64,000 bases of DNA, from assembly GCA_965218435.1 (NCBI GenBank), contig CBDCKW010000009.1, positions 2,112,001-2,176,000 of the forward strand, read 5' to 3'. Below the pieces are notes generated by a model. The model saw only the letters and a list, made by a program, of their open reading frames with translations. It was not told the origin of the DNA and searched no databases. This DNA comes from Truepera sp. Its GTDB lineage: Bacteria > Deinococcota > Deinococci > Deinococcales > Trueperaceae. Each line of letters starts with the position of its first letter. Position 1 is the first letter of the stretch. Below, piece after piece: positions 60,701 through 64,000 of this stretch. A program made the translations under genes and the position numbers.

Positions 60701-62477
60701 AAAAGTAAGGATTTATCAACTCGCCAAAGAGCTCGGGATTGATTCCAAAGAGCTTTTAGGCCACCTCGACAATTTGGGCGTCGCGTATAAGTCGCACTCG
60801 AGCAGCCTCGACGAAGATGTCGCCGAGACCATCCGCCAGTTAGTTCAAGACGAAGGCGGCGTTGCCGAAGCCGAAGCAGCGGTAGAGCTGGCCGACGATA
60901 CCGAAGCGAATATCGAAACTGAAGCGTTGACAGACGCGGAGGTCAGAGTAGCAAATGACCCCGACGCGCCGCACCGCGCGCCGGTCGTCACAGTCATGGG
61001 CCACGTTGACCACGGCAAAACGAGCTTACTCGACTACATCCGCAAAACCAAAGTCGCCGACAAAGAAGCGGGCGGTATCACGCAGCATATCGGCGCGTAT
61101 CAGGCTGAAACCCCAGGCGGTTTGATTACCTTTTTAGATACCCCCGGCCACGAGGCGTTTACGACGATTCGGCAGCGCGGCGCGTCGGCGACCGACATCG
61201 CGGTCATCGTCGTGGCCGCCGACGACTCGATCATGCCGCAGAGCCGCGAGGCGATTGCGCACGCCAAAGCCGCGGGCGTCCCGATCATCGTCGCCATCAA
61301 CAAAACCGATTTGCCGCAAGCCAATGTGGACAGGGTCAAACAAGATTTGATGCGCCTCGAGCTTGTCCCTGAAGATTTCGGTGGCGACACCATCACCGCC
61401 GCCATCAGCGCGAAAACCGGCGACGGGGTAGACAACCTGCTGGAAATGATCTCGCTGGTCGCGGAACTCGAGGACCTCCGTGCACCCACGGGCGGCAACG
61501 CCGAAGGCGTCATCATCGAATCGGTGCTCGACAAACGCGCCGGTGTGCTGGCGACCGTCTTGGTACAAAAAGGCACGCTCCGTGTCGCCGATTACCTCGT
61601 CTCCGGTGAGGTTTGGGCGAAAATTCGCCGGATGACCGACGAGGCCGGAAAAGCCATCACCGCAGCGGGGCCGTCGGTCCCAGTGCAGATTTTAGGCTTT
61701 AGCGAACAACCCGTTGCGGGTGACAAGATCGTCGCCGTGGCCGACGAAGCAAGCGCCAAAGCCTTAGTCAGTGAGCGGCGTACCGCCCGCGAAGACGAAG
61801 AAGCGCAAGCAGGCAGCAAAAAAGGGATGACGTTAGCTGACCTCTTCGGCAAACCCAAAGTCACCAAGATCAACCTGATCTTACGGGCCGACACCCAGGG
61901 GTCTTTGGAAGCTATCAAAGGCGTCATCGCCAAAGAGTCCGAGCAGGTTGACGAAGTGGACATCGAGATTTTGCTCGACGCGGTAGGTTCACCGACCGAA
62001 TCGGATTTGCTCTTGGCCTCGACTGCAGACGCGAGCATTATGAGTTTCGGTGTCGCTGCGCCCGGAAGCGTGAAAAAAGCCGCTGAACGTCAGGGTATTC
62101 CGCTTAAAAACTACCGCATCATCTATGAACTGATTGAAGACGTACAGCGCCTCATCCGGGGTCAGATCGAACCCGAATACGAAGAGCAGGTCCTCGGTCA
62201 CGCCGAGGTACGGCAGGTCATCCGGGTACCGCGTAGCGGGAACATCGCCGGGTCGTATGTCACCGACGGGACGATTCGCCGCGGAGCCAAAGCGCGGCTG
62301 TTGCGTAATGGCAAAGAGGTCTATAAAGGCACGATTTCTCAGCTGCGCCGCTTTAAGGACGACGTGCGCGAGGTCGGCACCGGTTTTGAGTGCGGGATCA
62401 ACCTGCAAAACTACGAAAATGTGCAAGAAGGCGACGTCATCGAGGTTTATGACATGGTGGAGGTTCCAGTCGCCTAA
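60693..62477 (+). CDS. infB: Translation initiation factor IF-2
   Basis: GHVDHGKT, DTPGHEAF, NKTD and GFECGI motifs. Confidence 0.98.
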   Translation: MSEKVRIYQLAKELGIDSKELLGHLDNLGVAYKSHSSSLDEDVAETIRQLVQDEGGVAEAEAAVELADDTEANIETEALTDAEVRVANDPDAPHRAPVVTVMGHVDHGKTSLLDYIRKTKVADKEAGGITQHIGAYQAETPGGLITFLDTPGHEAFTTIRQRGASATDIAVIVVAADDSIMPQSREAIAHAKAAGVPIIVAINKTDLPQANVDRVKQDLMRLELVPEDFGGDTITAAISAKTGDGVDNLLEMISLVAELEDLRAPTGGNAEGVIIESVLDKRAGVLATVLVQKGTLRVADYLVSGEVWAKIRRMTDEAGKAITAAGPSVPVQILGFSEQPVAGDKIVAVADEASAKALVSERRTAREDEEAQAGSKKGMTLADLFGKPKVTKINLILRADTQGSLEAIKGVIAKESEQVDEVDIEILLDAVGSPTESDLLLASTADASIMSFGVAAPGSVKKAAERQGIPLKNYRIIYELIEDVQRLIRGQIEPEYEEQVLGHAEVRQVIRVPRSGNIAGSYVTDGTIRRGAKARLLRNGKEVYKGTISQLRRFKDDVREVGTGFECGINLQNYENVQEGDVIEVYDMVEVPVA

Positions 62478-62526
62478 CTTGTCCTAGCTGACCTGGGCGA
62501 GGGTGTGCTAAAGTAGCCTTTGCTTC

Positions 62527-62883
62527 ATGGCTAGGTTCTGGTTTTCAAACGGTGTCAAAGACTCTTTCGGGAGTCTTCGCACCGTTTTTTATTGTCTTTT
62601 TCTGCTGCTGCCCTTTTATAGCGTCTCTGAAAGTCCGGCCAAGTCACCCGGTCAACCGCACGAAGCCGGGATGGGTGCGCCGCCACCGCCGCTGCTCGAG
62701 TCCCACCCCCGACTTACAACCTTCAGCAGCCCTGAACGCCGCTCCCTTGGAACGCTGCCGGTCACCGGTTACTTAGCGGCCGCTAGACCGCTTTGGAACG
62801 TCATTTTACCGCCTCTCGTCACGCCGGAAGTGGGTTATACGACCCTTGCCATGTTTCAGCAGTGGCAGCTCGAGGGTGGCTGA
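62527..62883 (+). CDS. uORF upstream of secD, candidate arrest/monitoring peptide
   Basis: Hydrophobic N-terminal segment, Pro-rich linker and C-terminal QLEGG*. Confidence 0.6.
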   Translation: MARFWFSNGVKDSFGSLRTVFYCLFLLLPFYSVSESPAKSPGQPHEAGMGAPPPPLLESHPRLTTFSSPERRSLGTLPVTGYLAAARPLWNVILPPLVTPEVGYTTLAMFQQWQLEGG

Positions 62884-63051
62884 AACTGGGCTTGACGTTT
62901 TGGTATCGCGTTGACGTTCTGCAAGGAGAAGTAAGAATACAGACCTCGTACTCGCTTACGAGAACGCAGCTCGAGCACCCTCTTATCCCAACGTCACCCT
63001 AAGCAGTTCAATAACATCCCTCAACCTTTTTTGTCCCTTTTTGGAGAAACC

Positions 63052-64000
63052 ATGTCGCAACGCGCCTTTCGTGGGCTTTTAGTCCTCGCCGCCCTACTCG
63101 CCGCTATTTTGTACCTCTGGAAACCGTGGAACACGTCCGGTGATCCTTCGCTAAAACTCGGCCTCGACCTGCAAGGTGGTCTCCGCGTCGTGTTGCAAGC
63201 CGACACCGCCGACCCCGCCCCCGAAGACATGCAGGCCGCGCGGCGTGTGATTGAAAACCGCGTCAATCAGTTCGGTGTATCCGAGGCGCTTATTCAAACC
63301 TCCGGCACCAACCGCATTTTGGTCGAGCTGCCGGGGTTGACGACTGAAGAGCAGAACCGCGCCCAAGATTTGATCGGTCAGCAAGCCGTGTTGGAGTTTC
63401 GCCTCGTCAAAGCCTCGGCAGCCAACAAAACCGATACGGAGATGACGCCAGCCGACCTCGAGCCCACCGCGTTTACCGGCGAGATTTTACAAAATGCCGA
63501 GACAGGCTTTAGCCAGTTCAACCAGCCCATCGTCAACTTCCAGATTCGTAACCGCGACGCGAACAAGTTTGGGCAGTTTACCGGTGGCGCAGTCGGCCGC
63601 CGGATGGCAATTGTGCTCGACAACAAAGTAGTCAGCGCCCCGACCATCAATCAGCGTATCAGTAACAGCGGTCAGATTACTGGGCAGTTTACGCTTCCCG
63701 AGGCAACCGACCTCGCGCTCGTCCTCCGTTCGGGAAGTCTGCCCATCTCACTTCGCACCGAAGGCGTCACGGCGGTCGGCCCGACGCTCGGACGCGACGC
63801 CATCAACGCAGGCGTTAAAGCTGCGCTGATCGGCGGCGCTGGCGTCGTCGTGCTCGTATTTCTCTACTACGGCCCGCTCTTCGGCGGCATTTTGGTCATC
63901 GGTCTCTTATACGTCATGCTTCTTAACTTAGGTATCTTGTCGGGACTGAACGCCACACTGACGCTACCGGGTTTGGCCGGTCTCATCTTAACGATTGGGG
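63052..64000 (+). CDS. secD: Protein translocase subunit SecD (or SecDF), runs off the window end
   Basis: LKLGLDLQGG, RVNQFGVSE, AIVLD, LRSGSLP and LTLPGLAGLIL motifs. Missing from the ORF track because no stop lies in the window. Confidence 0.95.
   Translation, partial: MSQRAFRGLLVLAALLAAILYLWKPWNTSGDPSLKLGLDLQGGLRVVLQADTADPAPEDMQAARRVIENRVNQFGVSEALIQTSGTNRILVELPGLTTEEQNRAQDLIGQQAVLEFRLVKASAANKTDTEMTPADLEPTAFTGEILQNAETGFSQFNQPIVNFQIRNRDANKFGQFTGGAVGRRMAIVLDNKVVSAPTINQRISNSGQITGQFTLPEATDLALVLRSGSLPISLRTEGVTAVGPTLGRDAINAGVKAALIGGAGVVVLVFLYYGPLFGGILVIGLLYVMLLNLGILSGLNATLTLPGLAGLILTIG

Overview
This is a 64-kb chromosomal segment of a GC-rich bacterium, most likely Deinococcota (Truepera-like). 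That call rests on protein style, frequent leaderless TANNNT-N6-start promoters and strong CTCGAG over-representation. Housekeeping blocks: murC-murB-ftsQ-ftsA-ftsZ, ribF, tRNA-Leu, hisC-hisB-hisH, an osmoprotectant ABC transporter, ddl, uvrC and rimP-nusA-ylxR-infB-secD. The main accessory region (~35.5-47.6 kb) is an element integrated at tRNA-Ala(TGC). It encodes an integrase, XRE regulator, replication initiator, DnaC-like ATPase and excisionase. Its defence cargo is a truncated HsdS, a cryptic two-repeat gene split by one in-frame TGA, DarTG, a short type II CBASS (patatin, CD-NTase, E2) and an HD-hydrolase pair. The far end of the element appears to have been deleted by an IS5-family element. 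Signals the ORF track does not show: a probable secD-monitoring uORF ending QLEGG followed by a long hairpin; a leaderless 9-aa FARA leader-peptide attenuator; a duplicated operator plus micropeptide module next to a WYL regulator; twin ECF promoters; a 180-bp MITE; and 27-42 bp insertions inside IS remnants. All functional calls come from reading motifs by eye, with no database searches.
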